DNA of 33,126 bases, from NCBI RefSeq assembly GCF_006345805.1, contig NW_021832099.1, positions 1 to 33,126 on the forward strand. Direction: 5' to 3'. Below, in pieces: positions 9,590-21,840 of this stretch. Under the pieces are notes generated by a model. The model saw only the letters and a program-made list of their open reading frames with translations. It was not told the DNA's origin and made no database searches. Origin of the DNA: Octopus sinensis (lineage: Eukaryota). Position 1 is the first letter of the stretch, and each line of letters begins with the position of its first letter. Position numbers and translations under genes: made by a program.

Positions 9590-11210
9590 ATATAGTGCTC
9601 CATAGTGTCGTTGTTGTTCTTGTTGTTGTATGTTGTATTTTTGTTGTTGTCTTTATCGTTCTTGTTACTGTTGCTGAGGTCGTTGGCGGCGGCGGCAGTG
9701 GTGGTGCTGCTGGCGTGTTGTTGTTAGAGGTCATGCGATAATAGTGATGCTGTTTCCTATGCTGGTGGTTGCGATGGTGGTGGCAGTAGTGGTAGTGGTG
9801 GTATACGGTATCGACGTTTCTGTTTTGTTGAATAATGGTAGCGGCGGTGGTGCTTGTGATGGTTGTGGTTGCGATGGTGGCGATGGTAGTGATGATGTTT
9901 GTGGTGGTGGTGGTGGTGGTGTTGGTTGGGTTGTTTGTTATGGTAGTGGTGATGTTGGTGATGTTGGTGTTGGTGATGTTGGTATTGGTGATGATAGTGA
10001 CAGTGTTATTGTTGTTGGTGATGCTGGATGTGGCGATTGTGATGGTGATTGGGATGGTATTCATGGTAAGGGTAGATTCATTGTAATTACCTCTGTTGGT
10101 CGTGGTGGTTGTGATGGTCGTTTGGGTGGTGTTGATGATGCTGGTGATGGTGGTGATAGCGTGTTGCTGACGCTGATCCTGTTTGAGTTGGTGGTGGTGA
10201 CGGTAGTGGTTGTGGTGGTGGTAACGGTGGGGGTTATGGTGGTGTTTGAGGTGGTGGTGATGGTGGTGCTTGTGGTGGCGGTGACGATGGTGGTTATGGT
10301 GGTGGTGACGGTGGTGTTGGAGGTAGTAGTTACGGTGGTGGTGGTAACGGTGGTGTTTCAGGTGGTGATGACGGTGGTGGTTGAGGTGGTGGTGATGGTA
10401 GTGCTTGTGGTGGTGGTGACAATGGTGGTTCTGGTGGTGGTGACGGTGGTGTTGGAGGTGGTAGTTACGGTGGTGGTGTTTGATGTGGTGATGACGGTGG
10501 TGGTTGTGGTGGTGGTAACGGTGGTGGTTGTGGTGGTGGTGACGGTGGTACTTGAGGTGGTTGTCACGGTGGTGGTTGTGGTGGTGGTGATGCTGCTGCT
10601 ATTGATGGTGATCATTGTGTTGGTGTTGATACAGTTGACGTTGATGGTGGGGTTTATGCTGTTGTTTATGCTTATGATGATGATACTGGTGATGATAGTT
10701 TCACTGCATAGCCAACATTATTGTGGTGGTGTTGGTGGTGGTGTTGATTGTAATAGTATTGGTGGCAGTAGTAGTGGTGCAGGCAATAGTAGTCTCGGTA
10801 GTGGTGGTTGATTTCCTGTCGTTAATAATGCTGATGCTATTGTTGATGATGAAGTTCCTTGCTATAATTGTGGCAGTGACAGTGGTAGCGCTGGTAGTAG
10901 TGGTGGTGGTGGTGGTGGTGTGTTGGTGTGTTGTTGTTGTTGTAGTGGTATTGTTACTACATGTGATATTACTAGTAGTTATACTTTAAGTACTGGTGGT
11001 GTCACATGTGGCTGTTCTCGATGGCAGCAATGGTGTTAGTAGGATAGGTGATGAGAAGAGGGTTGACATAGTGACGGCGTTGGTTGTGTTACTAATGTTG
11101 ATAGCATTGATGATGATGATGGTAGTGGTGGTGGTGGTGGTTGTAATGGTAGTGGTGATGATGATAATGAGGATGAGTATCGTGATAAATGTGAAACAGA
11201 TAGCTTCATG
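9590..11210. repeat. Low-complexity GTG/GTT/GAT trinucleotide region with a 24-bp minisatellite (~10190-10590)
   Basis: Unit about GTGACGGTGGTGGTTGTGGTGGTG repeated with variants; produces the Val-, Thr- and His-rich ORFs. Confidence 0.9.
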
Positions 11211-11436
11211 AATGGGCGAGGGTGAGGTGGTAGTATTGCATAAAAACTAATTGCAGTGATAGCAATGGGCGTGACACTTTCACGGACCAAAAACGTAAAG
11301 AGCAGAAATATAAAGCGCGGTATTTACATAATTGTTGTTCTCTTTGGAACTGTTGACGGTGATGCTAGTTTGATGTCATTATCATCGACATCCCTACGGC
11401 AGGTGCAAAAGTAACAGATAGTATATTCACCAGCAG

Positions 11437-11825
11437 TGGCCCAATTGTTAGGGCAGCGGACTCGCGGTCGGTGGATCGCGATTTCGATTTCCGGACCGGG
11501 CGTTGTGTGTGTTTATTGAGCGAAGACCCCTAAAGCTCCAAGAGGCTTCGGCACGGGGTGGTGGCGACCCCTGTTGTACTCTTTCTCTCCAACTTTCTCT
11601 CACACTTTCTTCCTGTTTCTTGTCCCCGACTTCCTACGCAAGCGCTGAGCCTGGATGCGCATTCATCCATCCGTCGATGCTCTCGGTGTCGGGGGTTTAC
11701 CTGCTTTCTCTTCTGCGGTCTAACGAATAGCAAAAAGGACCACGTTTCGGACTTCTCCCACAACAGAGGCGTGACCTTGCGAGCACTGGGACGAAGACCG
11801 CTTCGCTCAATAAACAAACAAACAA
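11437..11825 (+). mobile_element. SINE family C head with alternative tail type 2
   Basis: tRNA-like head TGGCCCAATTGTTAGGGCAGCGGACTCGCGGTC.., distinct 3' part ending (AAAC)n; 8-bp direct repeat ACCAGCAG at 11429-11436 and 11826-11833. Confidence 0.85.
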
Positions 11826-11843
11826 ACCAGCAGCAGCAATACT

Positions 11844-12227
11844 GGAAGCACTCCGTCGGTTACGACGATGAGGGTTCCGGTTGATCCGAATCAACGGAAC
11901 AGCCTGCTCGTGAAATTAACGTGTAAGTGGCTGAGCACTCCACAGACACGTGCACCCTTAACGTAGTTCTCGGGTATATTCAGCGTGACACAGAGAGTGA
12001 CAAGGCCAGCCCTTTGAAGTACAGGTACAACAGAAACAGGAAGTAAGAGTGAGAGAAAGCTGTGGTGAAAGAGAACAGCAGGGATCACCACCATCCCCTG
12101 CCGGAGCCTCGTGGAGCTTTTAGGTGTTTTCGCTCAATAAACACTCACAACGCCCGGTCTGGGAATCGAAACCGCGATCCTATGACCGCGAGTCCGCTGC
12201 CCTAACCACTAGGCCATTGCGCCTCCA
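11844..12227 (-). mobile_element. SINE family C head with alternative tail type 3
   Basis: Full head GTGGAGGCGCAATGGCCTAGTGGTTAGGGC..GGTTTCGATTCCC; perfect 13-bp TSD CAGCAGCAATACT at 11831-11843 and 12228-12240. Confidence 0.9.
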
Positions 12228-12439
12228 CAGCAGCAATACTAACAAAATCACCACTAATATCACCAGCAAATCAAACATGTGAACACTATCAACAGAATCA
12301 ACCCCCAATACTAACTCCAACCGACACCACTGGCGACACCGCCGCTCACTCCACAGTCACCATCTTTAGCGCTTCTGCAGTGTTGCTACAATCACATAGG
12401 TGGCGGTAGCATATGTGTGGGACTAATATAGAAGTCATA

Positions 12440-12603
12440 GTAGGAGGAGAGAGTTGGCAGAATTATTAGCGCACCGAACAAAATACCTTGCAGCATTTCA
12501 TTATTCTTTACATTCTGAGTTCAAATTCCACCGAGGTTGACTTTCTTCTCATTTTTTAGGGCTTGATAAAACAAGTACTAGTTGAACACAGGGGTCGATG
12601 TAA
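12440..12603 (+). mobile_element. Old, diverged SINE family B variant
   Basis: GAGTTGGCAGAA..CTGAGTTCAAATTCCACCGAGGTTGACTTT..GGGGTCGATGTAA; truncated where an A copy begins. Confidence 0.75.
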
Positions 12604-12996
12604 CTGGAGTGGCTTTGTGGTAAGTAGCTTGCTTACCAACCACATGGTTCTGGGTTCAGTACCTTGGCAAGTGTCTTCTACTATAGCCTCGGGCCGACCA
12701 AAGCCTTGTGAGTGGATTTGGTAGACGGAAACTGAAAGAAGCCTGTCGTGTATATGTATGTGTGTGTATATGGTTGTGTATCTGTTTGTCCCCCCAACAT
12801 CGCTTGACAACCAATTTGGTTGTGTTTACGTGCTGGTGTGTTTACGTCCCCGTAACTTAGTGGTTCGGCAAAACAGAGCGATAGAATAAGTACTGGGCTT
12901 ACAAAGAATAAGTCCTGGGGTCGATTTGCTCGACTAAAGACGGTGCTCTAGCATGGCCACGGTCAAATGACTGAAGCAAATAAAAGAGTAAAAGAT
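12604..12996 (+). mobile_element. SINE family A copy
   Basis: Head, CORE-like segment, internal TG/TA tract and 3' tail match 21841-22262. Confidence 0.9.
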
Positions 12997-13071
12997 ACCT
13001 TTAAACTTTCTGGGCTTGTGCTAAAATATGAAGCCAATAAAACAGTGATATTAGAAATTGTTATGTCTAAC

Positions 13072-13180
13072 TAAGTACCAGTTACGCACTGAGGTCGATG
13101 TAATCGACTTAATACCTATGTCTGTCCTTGTTTGTCCCCTCTGTGTTTAGCCCCTTGTGGGTAATAAAGAAATAGGTATT
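13072..13180 (+). mobile_element. SINE family B 3' fragment
   Basis: TAAGTACCAGTTACGCACTGAGGTCGATGTAATCGACTTAAT..AAAGAAATAGGTATT. Confidence 0.85.
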
Positions 13181-13734
13181 ATAACAGGTAAGTAGCGTTC
13201 ATAAGGATGTGATTATATGTATAATAATTATATGTATAATAATACATAAGAAAATATGTATAATTGTACTGGTTGTATATCTTCCGATGCCTACCGAGGG
13301 TTATCGTGTTGGTTGCAATAATGGCCTTAGTAAAACATATAGATTTAGTAAGTGGTAGTAGCAGTAGTAAAATGATAGTTAAAGTGTTAGGTTAAGGTAG
13401 GGTATGATGTAATGATTGATGTACTTATAATGTTATCAGATGATATTGCTGTTAGTTGTTGCTGTAATGTTATTGCTGGTAGAGGTGTTGATGGCACAGA
13501 AACGGTAGTATTCACAAGAGATTTACAGTTATTAATAATTGCTGCGTGGGTGCCCACTCAGTAATGAGGGGGGGTTAAGGAGGGAAAAATGAAGCTAGAG
13601 TGCAGGAAAATCGGTAATTTTACCGAGATAATCGGGAAAACAGACGATAATATAAGGTGTTCAAGCAATTAAGAGGCGAATCACAATATATAGTCACAGG
13701 TAAGACAGATAGACACAGACAGACAAATAGACAG

Positions 13735-13748
13735 CGAAATATATATAT

Positions 13749-13796
<48 letters not shown>

Positions 13797-14074
13797 TAGA
13801 TAGATAGATAGAGAGAGAGAGAGAAAGGAGGATAAGAGTATGAATACAGATATGGATATCTATATATACACTTAATATAAATGCATGCATACGTGTATAT
13901 GATGCCACGCATTCTGCACATTCATATTTGTATGTATATATGTACGTATATCTATCTATCTATCTGTCCAGTTAGCTACCTTTCTATATACACATATATA
14001 TGCATATGTATATGCATATATATCTATATATATGTTCATATATATATATACATATATGCATATACTATGTATTA

Positions 14075-14113
<39 letters not shown>

Positions 14114-14280
14114 GTAGATATATATATATATATATATATACATATATATGTGTATATATATGGCTATATATATGTATATATATACATATATATATGTATG
14201 TATTTATATGCACATATATATTTGTATATATATATATATGTATATATATATGTATGTATATATATATATTGATATATACA
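13735..14280. repeat. Long degenerate (TA)n/(TATG)n tract
   Basis: Direct inspection; source of the overlapping IYIY ORFs. Confidence 0.95.
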
Positions 14281-14849
14281 GGTATACATATACACTCATT
14301 AGCAAGAAAAAAAAAACGACAATTACAACAAATAAAATGCAAATACAAAATTAAAGAAAATTATTAACATATATTAATCGATCTGATCTGATCGATTTCA
14401 ACGTTAAAGAAATGCAAAGTAAAACAAATATAAAGAATTAAGAATAATGCAATACGATATAATATTAAATAATGCAGACAAAAATCGAACAGAACAGAAG
14501 ACAAAAAAACTATGACTGGAATATTGATGAAGAAAGCAAATGAAGATCAACGTCTACTGATAGAAGTTCTATATATGAAATATCGATACATTAAACGTAA
14601 GATAATTTGAAGTATTTTATTGGTATCTGATTTAGGCACTAGGCCAGCATATTTAACATGAAGAAATTAGCCGATACAAATTGAGAACACTACTTAATTG
14701 ACAGCAAATAAACTATCCACAGATACACACTTATACACACACACACACTTATACACACACACACACTTATACACACACACACTTATATATACACACACAC
14801 ACACACACGCTCACACACACACACATACACATACACATATATATATATA

Positions 14850-15131
14850 TAAATTAAAAATAATAAGGGTGAAAAATTGAATTTTAATTCGATTAATATC
14901 AATTTAAAACCACTTCTCTAGCATATTGAAAAATCTGAGGTTTCAGAAAAGATTATATTACATACATATAAGTGGATGACCCGTAAGTGACAATCCATTA
15001 TGCTAGAAGAAGATCCGTTATGGTCTTACCACTAGAAAGGAATGTTGCCAAGGAAATTTAGCTAAATTTGCTTGAGAACATTCCTTTCTTAGTGGTAAGA
15101 CCATAGCAGATCTTCTAGCATAATGGATGTC
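14850..15131 (-). mobile_element. Hairpin-plus-tail element family E
   Basis: ~140-bp imperfect palindrome 14989-15131 centred on AAATTTAG|CTAAATTT (15061/15062); unique flank to the left ends in (TA)n. Confidence 0.7.
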
Positions 15132-15140
15132 CAGTTAAAC

Positions 15141-15212
<72 letters not shown>

Positions 15213-15215
<3 letters not shown>

Positions 15216-15442
15216 CTTTACTACCCACAAGGGGCTAAACACAGAGGGGACAAACAAGGACAGACAAAGGGATTAAGTCGATTATATCGACCCCAGTGCA
15301 TAACTGGTACTTAATTTATCGACCCCGAAAGGATGAAAGGCAAAGTCGACCTCGGCGGAATTTGAACTCGGAACGTAACGACAGACGAAATACAGCTACG
15401 AATTTCGCCCGGCGTGCTAACGTTTCTACCAGCTCACCGCCA
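15213..15442 (-). mobile_element. SINE family B, near full length
   Basis: Reverse complement matches the B consensus from head to tail. Confidence 0.92.
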
Positions 15443-15501
15443 TACTATATTTATATATATATCTCTATATATATATATTTATATATATATGTATATATGT
15501 A

Positions 15502-15718
15502 TACGAGGCGGGGGCTGAAATGTTCCTGGCTTTCGGTAAAAGAAAATACAAGGGGATGAGTTCTTTACGATTGTATTCAACATATTTCCCTATCAGAGTC
15601 ATGCATTTATTGTAGTGGTACTTCTGTTCTCTAAGTCTCCCTGGAAGCAAACTTGAAGGCTGGGCTTCCAACCAGTTTTTTCGTGATACCCTTCATGCCA
15701 GCAACGTTTCAAACCACT
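15502..15718 (+). mobile_element. Mariner-type element, 5' TIR fragment
   Basis: Begins after TA with TACGAGGCGGGGGCTGAAATGTTCCTGGCTTT, resembling TACGAGGG..GAAAAGT mariner termini; no right TIR found. Confidence 0.55.
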
Positions 15719-15738
15719 CTGTTATTTATCTATCTATC

Positions 15739-15807
<69 letters not shown>

Positions 15808-15812
<5 letters not shown>

Positions 15813-16119
15813 CGTGATCACCGTGATCGACCAGGCTATCAGATGTTGCTACACATCGCTGGTCACAATGCGCTTCGCATTCTTTTAGCCTTCAAATGAC
15901 GCCACCCCACTGGCTAAGCGAGCAGGCCAAGAGAAGAAAGAGTGAGAGAAAGTTGTAGCGAAAGAGTACAACAGAGATCGCCACCAACCCTGCCGAAGCC
16001 TCGTGGACCTTTAGGTGTTTTCGCTCAATAAACACTCACAACACCTGGTCTGGGAATCGAAACCGCGATCCTACTACCGCGAGTCCGCTGCCCTAACCAC
16101 TGGGCCATTGCGCCTCCAC
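15808..16119 (-). mobile_element. SINE family C, full length, tail type 1
   Basis: A-box TGGCCCAGTGG, B-box-like GGTTTCGATTCCC, tail ending CACGGTGATCACGGTGAT. Confidence 0.92.
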
Positions 16120-16149
16120 ACACACACACACGCACACACACACATACAC

Positions 16150-16190
<41 letters not shown>

Positions 16191-16215
16191 TTTTTTATTG
16201 TGAAACCTGCATCAC

Positions 16216-16420
16216 AAAACATCACAAAAAACTGCTATTCAGAGTTTCCCGATCCCGTTCCCGCGATCAAAGAGCTTGCTCACAACTGCACAACTGACGG
16301 GAACGTGAAACTGTGAATAGCAGTTTTTTTGTGATGCTTTTACATATTTACTCTACCTTTGGTATTTGAGTACTATTTCCTCTACTTTGTTTCACATATA
16401 TGTACTTGCTCGTGTCTACA
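16216..16420 (+). mobile_element. Hairpin-plus-tail element family F
   Basis: ~33-bp arms AAAACATCACAAAAAACTGCTATTCAGAGTTTC / GAAACTGTGAATAGCAGTTTTTTTGTGATGCTTTT plus inner CGTTCCC/GGGAACG; tail TTTACTCTAC..GTATTTGAGTACTATTT resembles the D tail. Confidence 0.7.
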
Positions 16421-16862
16421 CGCACAAACACACACATATATACAGACGTATGTATGGCCTTAGGAGGATATAAAACAAATGGCACTCCTTGTGCAGTGCT
16501 CCAACTGAAATTTAGAGTATCTGCACTTTCGAATTATTGTAAGATCAGAATTATCCAGATGTAGAATATCCAAGGGTCAAAGCGGTTTATCAAAGTGTAA
16601 ATGATAATCGAACTAAGAGAGAAAAGAAAGATTTTATCGCACAATATATTACTGAATATATGTTGTGATAAACGATACTGTATAACGTTAGTGTACACCA
16701 CCTACTTGCTCTAACATATTCCCCTACGGAAACAGACAACGCTTAATGACGAAAGCAATACGTCATATCAGCGCAATGCTCAAATAGTAGACGAATAATT
16801 CACAACGGTCAGAAACAAACACAAACACTTGAGTGTTGTTATATAAACGCTTTGAATTCTGA

Positions 16863-16871
16863 ATAATGATG

Positions 16872-16922
<51 letters not shown>

Positions 16923-16967
16923 TAATAATAATATAATGATAATAACAACAACACCAACATAATAATA

Positions 16968-17009
<42 letters not shown>

Positions 17010-17026
17010 TGATAATAATAATAACA
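16863..17026. repeat. (TAA)n microsatellite
   Basis: Direct inspection; gives the poly-I/L/Y ORFs. Confidence 0.95.
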
Positions 17027-17631
17027 AATTTATTTGTTTATTAATTTTTATATATATATTTTATGTGTGAATTTGCGTGTGTAATCTGGGAATGCATACA
17101 ATGAGCTTCTCTGCCCTAGTTGTGCGGGGATCACTCGGCGAGAAATGGAAGAAAATTTTAAGAAAGAAGGAAAAAAAAATAATAACGATAATAATCCATA
17201 CTACGAATTTTATAATTATTTTAATGCATCGCATTTCCAGATATCACATGCTTCTTATGATCATAGTCCGTATTCTTGAGATGATTACAGTGGTGTCCAT
17301 AGTATCCATGGACATCGGGTGGATTATATTCATGTGTTCATTTCTTCAGGCGATGTGGCTTTAATGTTGGAAATAGCGAATGTATAACTGGGGGTTAATA
17401 GTGGTATGCTGAATGTTTAAATTTGCGAGAATTTGGAGTTAAAAATGCAGTAAACTTCAGAAATTGAAATTATAGGCCATTTCTTAGGACATGAATTCAT
17501 AAAAATATTTCCAGATGGTCAAGCGTTTAATATGGCCTTCTTTTAGTACTTTTTAGTAATTGTTACATACTAATTAGTAAGCGGCTTTCTCCATTATAGT
17601 ATAGATTACTATCATGTAATCTAAATATAGG

Positions 17632-17990
17632 CGCCTCGCAGGATGGATCCTGTCTACCATCATAGCATCAGAAGCAATAATTATGCTCAGTCTGTACATA
17701 AAAAATCAGCACCCTTAGATTTGAAAACACTAGGTTATTGCTCACAACTTCGTACTGAGAATACAGGTAGTCTGATAGAAAAAAGACAAGGCTTGCAGAG
17801 GGCGTTCGCAAAGAAGCTACTTTTAGATAGAAGACTTAATCACTAGAAATATTTGAAATGTCAACGTCGCTTCACCCTTGAACAACGTATGGAGAGGTAA
17901 GCGATTATTTATGTATGGAAGATCGAGGAGGGTAATCTTCCAAACTTCATCCTTAAAATGGACTTTAATGTTATCTTCCAAATGTAGCAC
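17632..17990 (+). pseudogene. Old degenerate CR1-group LINE RT C-terminal fragment
   Basis: Frames read RLAGWIL..LGYCSQL..LQRAFAKK..LEQRMER*AIIYVWKIEEGNLPNF, collinear with RRLAGWIL..LDYCSQLW..TQRSYTKK..ERRRERYAVIYIWKIL of the 18841 element. Confidence 0.85.
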
Positions 17991-18029
17991 CTGAAAAATC
18001 GTTAGTAAAGACATTGTGCTGCACGAATC

Positions 18030-18194
18030 TAATACAAACACACACACGCACACACACACGCACACACACACATACACACACACACACACACACACATATA
18101 ATATATATATGCAGATATATATATGTATGTATATAAATATATGCGTCCATCTATGTATGTTTATATATATGGATGTACACACACGCATACATGC

Positions 18195-18234
<40 letters not shown>

Positions 18235-18364
18235 TATTATATTATGTACATATATATATATATATATATTATATATATAATATATATATAATACATATCT
18301 ATATAATATGTACATATATATATATATAATATATACTTATATATATATATATATATTATATATA

Positions 18365-18414
<50 letters not shown>

Positions 18415-18588
18415 TATTTAAACCATCAAAGGGAAATGGAATTTAATTAAAATTAAAAACATTCAATAAACTTTACATTTCCTGTCGAACTTTGTCCGAA
18501 TTTTTGGTGGTCATAGAACTTAGCTGTTCTTTCTAATGCGTAGAATCCCTATAAGTGGATTCTCTATGTGTTTAAATATACATTATAT

Positions 18589-18622
<34 letters not shown>

Positions 18623-18637
18623 ATATTATAGATATAT

Positions 18638-18669
<32 letters not shown>

Positions 18670-18767
18670 ATATATATATATATATTCTATATAAGTACAG
18701 AAATGTTTTTATATATATATGCATGTATATATAAACATAAATATATGTGTATACCTGTATGTGGAAA

Positions 18768-18810
<43 letters not shown>

Positions 18811-18835
18811 ATATATATATATATATATACATATA
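18030..18835. repeat. (CA)n, long (TA)n and (AAAT)n tracts with a short unique spacer
   Basis: Direct inspection. Confidence 0.9.
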
Positions 18836-18840
18836 CGCAA

Positions 18841-19907
18841 ATAACAAGCGGTGTCCCACAGGGCACTGTCTTTCAGACATGCCTTCAGTTGCTACGATGA
18901 CCACCCTTGCTAGCTATGCAGATGACACAAAAGTCTCCCACGCAATACAAAACCCTGAAAATATTGCGCATCTGCAACATGAGCTGGACACAATATACAG
19001 GTGGGCTGAGGACAACAACATGCAGTTTAATGCAGGTAAGTTCCAGGCCCTGCGCTACTGGCACACAAAGGTAAATGACGTGAAGACTGGATACACTGGC
19101 CCAGGAAGAATTGCAATCCCTGAGTCAAAATCAGTGCGTGACCTGGGCATTGACATGAGCAATGATGCATCTTTCCAAATGCATATTGCTAATCTGGTGA
19201 TAAAATGCAGACGGCTAGCTGGATGGATTCTCCGAACTTTCAGAACAAGAGAGAAGGAGACACTGATGGTCCTATGGAAAACATTTGTCCTCAGCCGCTT
19301 GGACTACTGCTCCCAACTTTGGTCACCACACAATATAAAACAAACAGCAGAACTCGAAGCAACTCAGAGAAGCTACACAAAGAAAATCGTTTCAATGCAA
19401 AATATCAGCTACTGGGAAAGACTGAAGGTATTAACCTCTCTTCTCCCTGAGCGGAGGCGGGAGAGATATGCAGTAATATACATCTGGAAAATCTTGGAGG
19501 TCTTGTCCCAAACTTTGGCATTCAAAGTTACTCCAACCGCAGAACGGGGCGCCGCTGCGTGGTGCCAAGGATTCCAACATCACCATCAAAATACAGGTCC
19601 AGATACTGCAACAGCTTGGGTTTCAGAGGACCACAGCTCTTTAACATCCTCCCTAAATGCCTGAGAGACTTACATGGTGTGGATGTGGGTTTCTTTAAAA
19701 CTAAACTGGATCTCTTCTTGTTGGGAGTCCCAGATGAACCTACCTCACGACAGGAGACACGGATGCGGGCAGCAGCATCGAACTCCCTTGTTGATCAAGT
19801 GCCACGTATCAGAGGTGGATTCACAAACTTAGTGTAGCTCATTCAGCGGTGGTGCCCCAGCATGGCCGCGGCCTTCGGGCTAAAACATTTTTTAAGGATT
19901 TTAAGGA
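18841..19907 (+). mobile_element. 5'-truncated CR1-group (CR1/L2/Crack/Daphne-like) LINE, RT C-half and 3' end
   Basis: [10 protein letters not shown] (18841), short deletion, SYADDTK, LQHELDTIYRWAEDNNMQFN, VRDLG, SRLDYCSQLWSP, YWERLK; frameshifts after ~19435; C-terminus ..FKTKLDLFL..SNSLVDQ..* at 19837; tail (TTTAAGGAT)2. Confidence 0.92.
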
Positions 19908-20525
19908 TATATATATATGTATGTATTATACAATGGAAAGTGCTACTAATAGGTTCATGCTATTATGATACGTATGTGTATAAAATACGACATATATCTC
20001 AAAGCGGATAACAAGGCGTGATTCTCAGAATGAATATATACACAAACTCATAATTACACGACCCTATCAATTTACAACATCACTTTGTATCAAATTTGAC
20101 GCCCTAATATGTGAAAAAGAAGTGAAACCCCGCAATCAAGTGCACATATATGAAAACATGAACTGTTAGGTGCACACACACATTAAACATGCATAATGCA
20201 GGCATAGTTTTGTGAGCCAGTGCATGTGTGTGTGTGTGTGTGTGTGTGAGTGTATGTAAGCGACTTATTCCTTGCCTTTAACCCGGTGTCCTGGTGCTGA
20301 GATTTGAAACCAATATTTATCTGACTACTTCGATTTCGATATGAGACCAATCATTTATAATTGTTTTATTTGAACTATTTGAACGTTTAGAATTATATTA
20401 CTCGATATTTCATAGTCAGTCACCATCTCATGTAAACGTTAGATATCAGAAAGTCCTCTTCTCTTCTGGGGGATATTTTACAAATGAGAAACAACGATAC
20501 TCTATCAGAGGCTACGTAACTATAT

Positions 20526-20818
20526 CACGTGATCACGTGACCGACCACACCATCAGATGTTGCTATACATCGCTGGTCACAATGCGTTCGCATTGTTTTA
20601 GCCTTCGAACGACGCCACCCCGCTGGCTAAGCGAGCAGGCCAACAGAAGAAAGAGTGGTGAAAGAGTACAGCAGGGATCACCACCCCCTGCCGGAGCCTC
20701 GTGGAGGTTTTAGGTGTTTTCGCTCAATAAACACACACAACGCCCGGTCTGGGAATCGAAACCGCGATCCTCCGACCGCGAGTCCACTGCCCTAACCACT
20801 GGGCCATTGCGCCTCCAC
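20526..20818 (-). mobile_element. SINE family C, full length, tail type 1
   Basis: Matches 15808-16119; 10-bp TSD GTAA(C/A)TATAT at 20516-20525 and 20819-20828. Confidence 0.92.
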
Positions 20819-21840
20819 GTAAATATATACTAGATATAATTTGGATGCTCCATAGGTGACAAGGGCAAGATTTGGTATCACTATGCATAAAATCGATGTG
20901 GTAATTATAGCAATTAAATTTTATAGTTAATCATGCAGAATGCAAGCTGAGTACCTTTTGTTACGTGTGTAATATTGAATAAAGAAGAAACACCCCGTAC
21001 AAAATTATGTTTAAGTGATGCATGAGTTGATTCCGTGTAGCTTTGCGCTTTTTGTTTCAAATTAGGTTGTAAATATACATTTTTCAACTTATATTCCGAC
21101 GCATATTTCTATAAGACAAATGAATTCACTGTAAGAAAACACAACTCAATCTTAATATGAAATCTATTAAATTTTCAAAGTCTGTCATTCTACGCTATTG
21201 TGTTATGAATATATAATAAAGATGTGTCAGAGTTTCTTCCTCATAAGAACTGTTCAGCTTTTACTAAAACTCTTTTTTTCTGAGTTAACAGATACAAGTT
21301 GCCAACAAAATTATGCCACTCACTGCATTTTATGTGTGTGTGTGTGTGAGTATTTGTGTGTGAGTGTGTGTGTGTATGTGTGTGTGTGTGTATGTGTATG
21401 CATGTGTGTGTGTGTGTTTAATTGAAAATATTTGGTATCAACTAGAAGTTGGACATTTATTTTACAATCACTACAATTGTTTCCACGCAACATACTTCTC
21501 CAAGTTTGCAAGCATTTAATTATGCCAGCGTTTCCCTGCATTATGAGATTTAATTGTGTTTCCTCAGGTGATATGTAAATGCTGTCTCCGTAACTTCACA
21601 TTCTCGGCATCAAGAATATCCTCTCTGTCTGTCGTGGCCTGAATGTAGTAGTAAACACTGGGCTTATCGGTGTGGGTTTTTGCTGAAGGACCGTGTGCAA
21701 ACTGCTTTGAATGTGTAGATGTGGTGGGATGCATAAACCCATATACACATACACACAAGGCACACATACACATACCGCAGGTGGGATGAGAAAAATTGAG
21801 CAATAAATAAGTAAATAAATAACTAAAAAACCTAAATATA

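Noticed and set aside
10190-10590. Gly-rich structural protein (GGGYGG/CGGGD frame)
   Set aside because: That frame has several TGA stops.
15990-16119. tRNA genes in SINE heads
   Set aside because: A and B boxes are present, but there is no closed acceptor stem and the sequence runs into SINE bodies.
21564-21803. ORF or exon candidate in unique sequence
   Set aside because: No convincing splice pair with an open frame and no recognisable motif.
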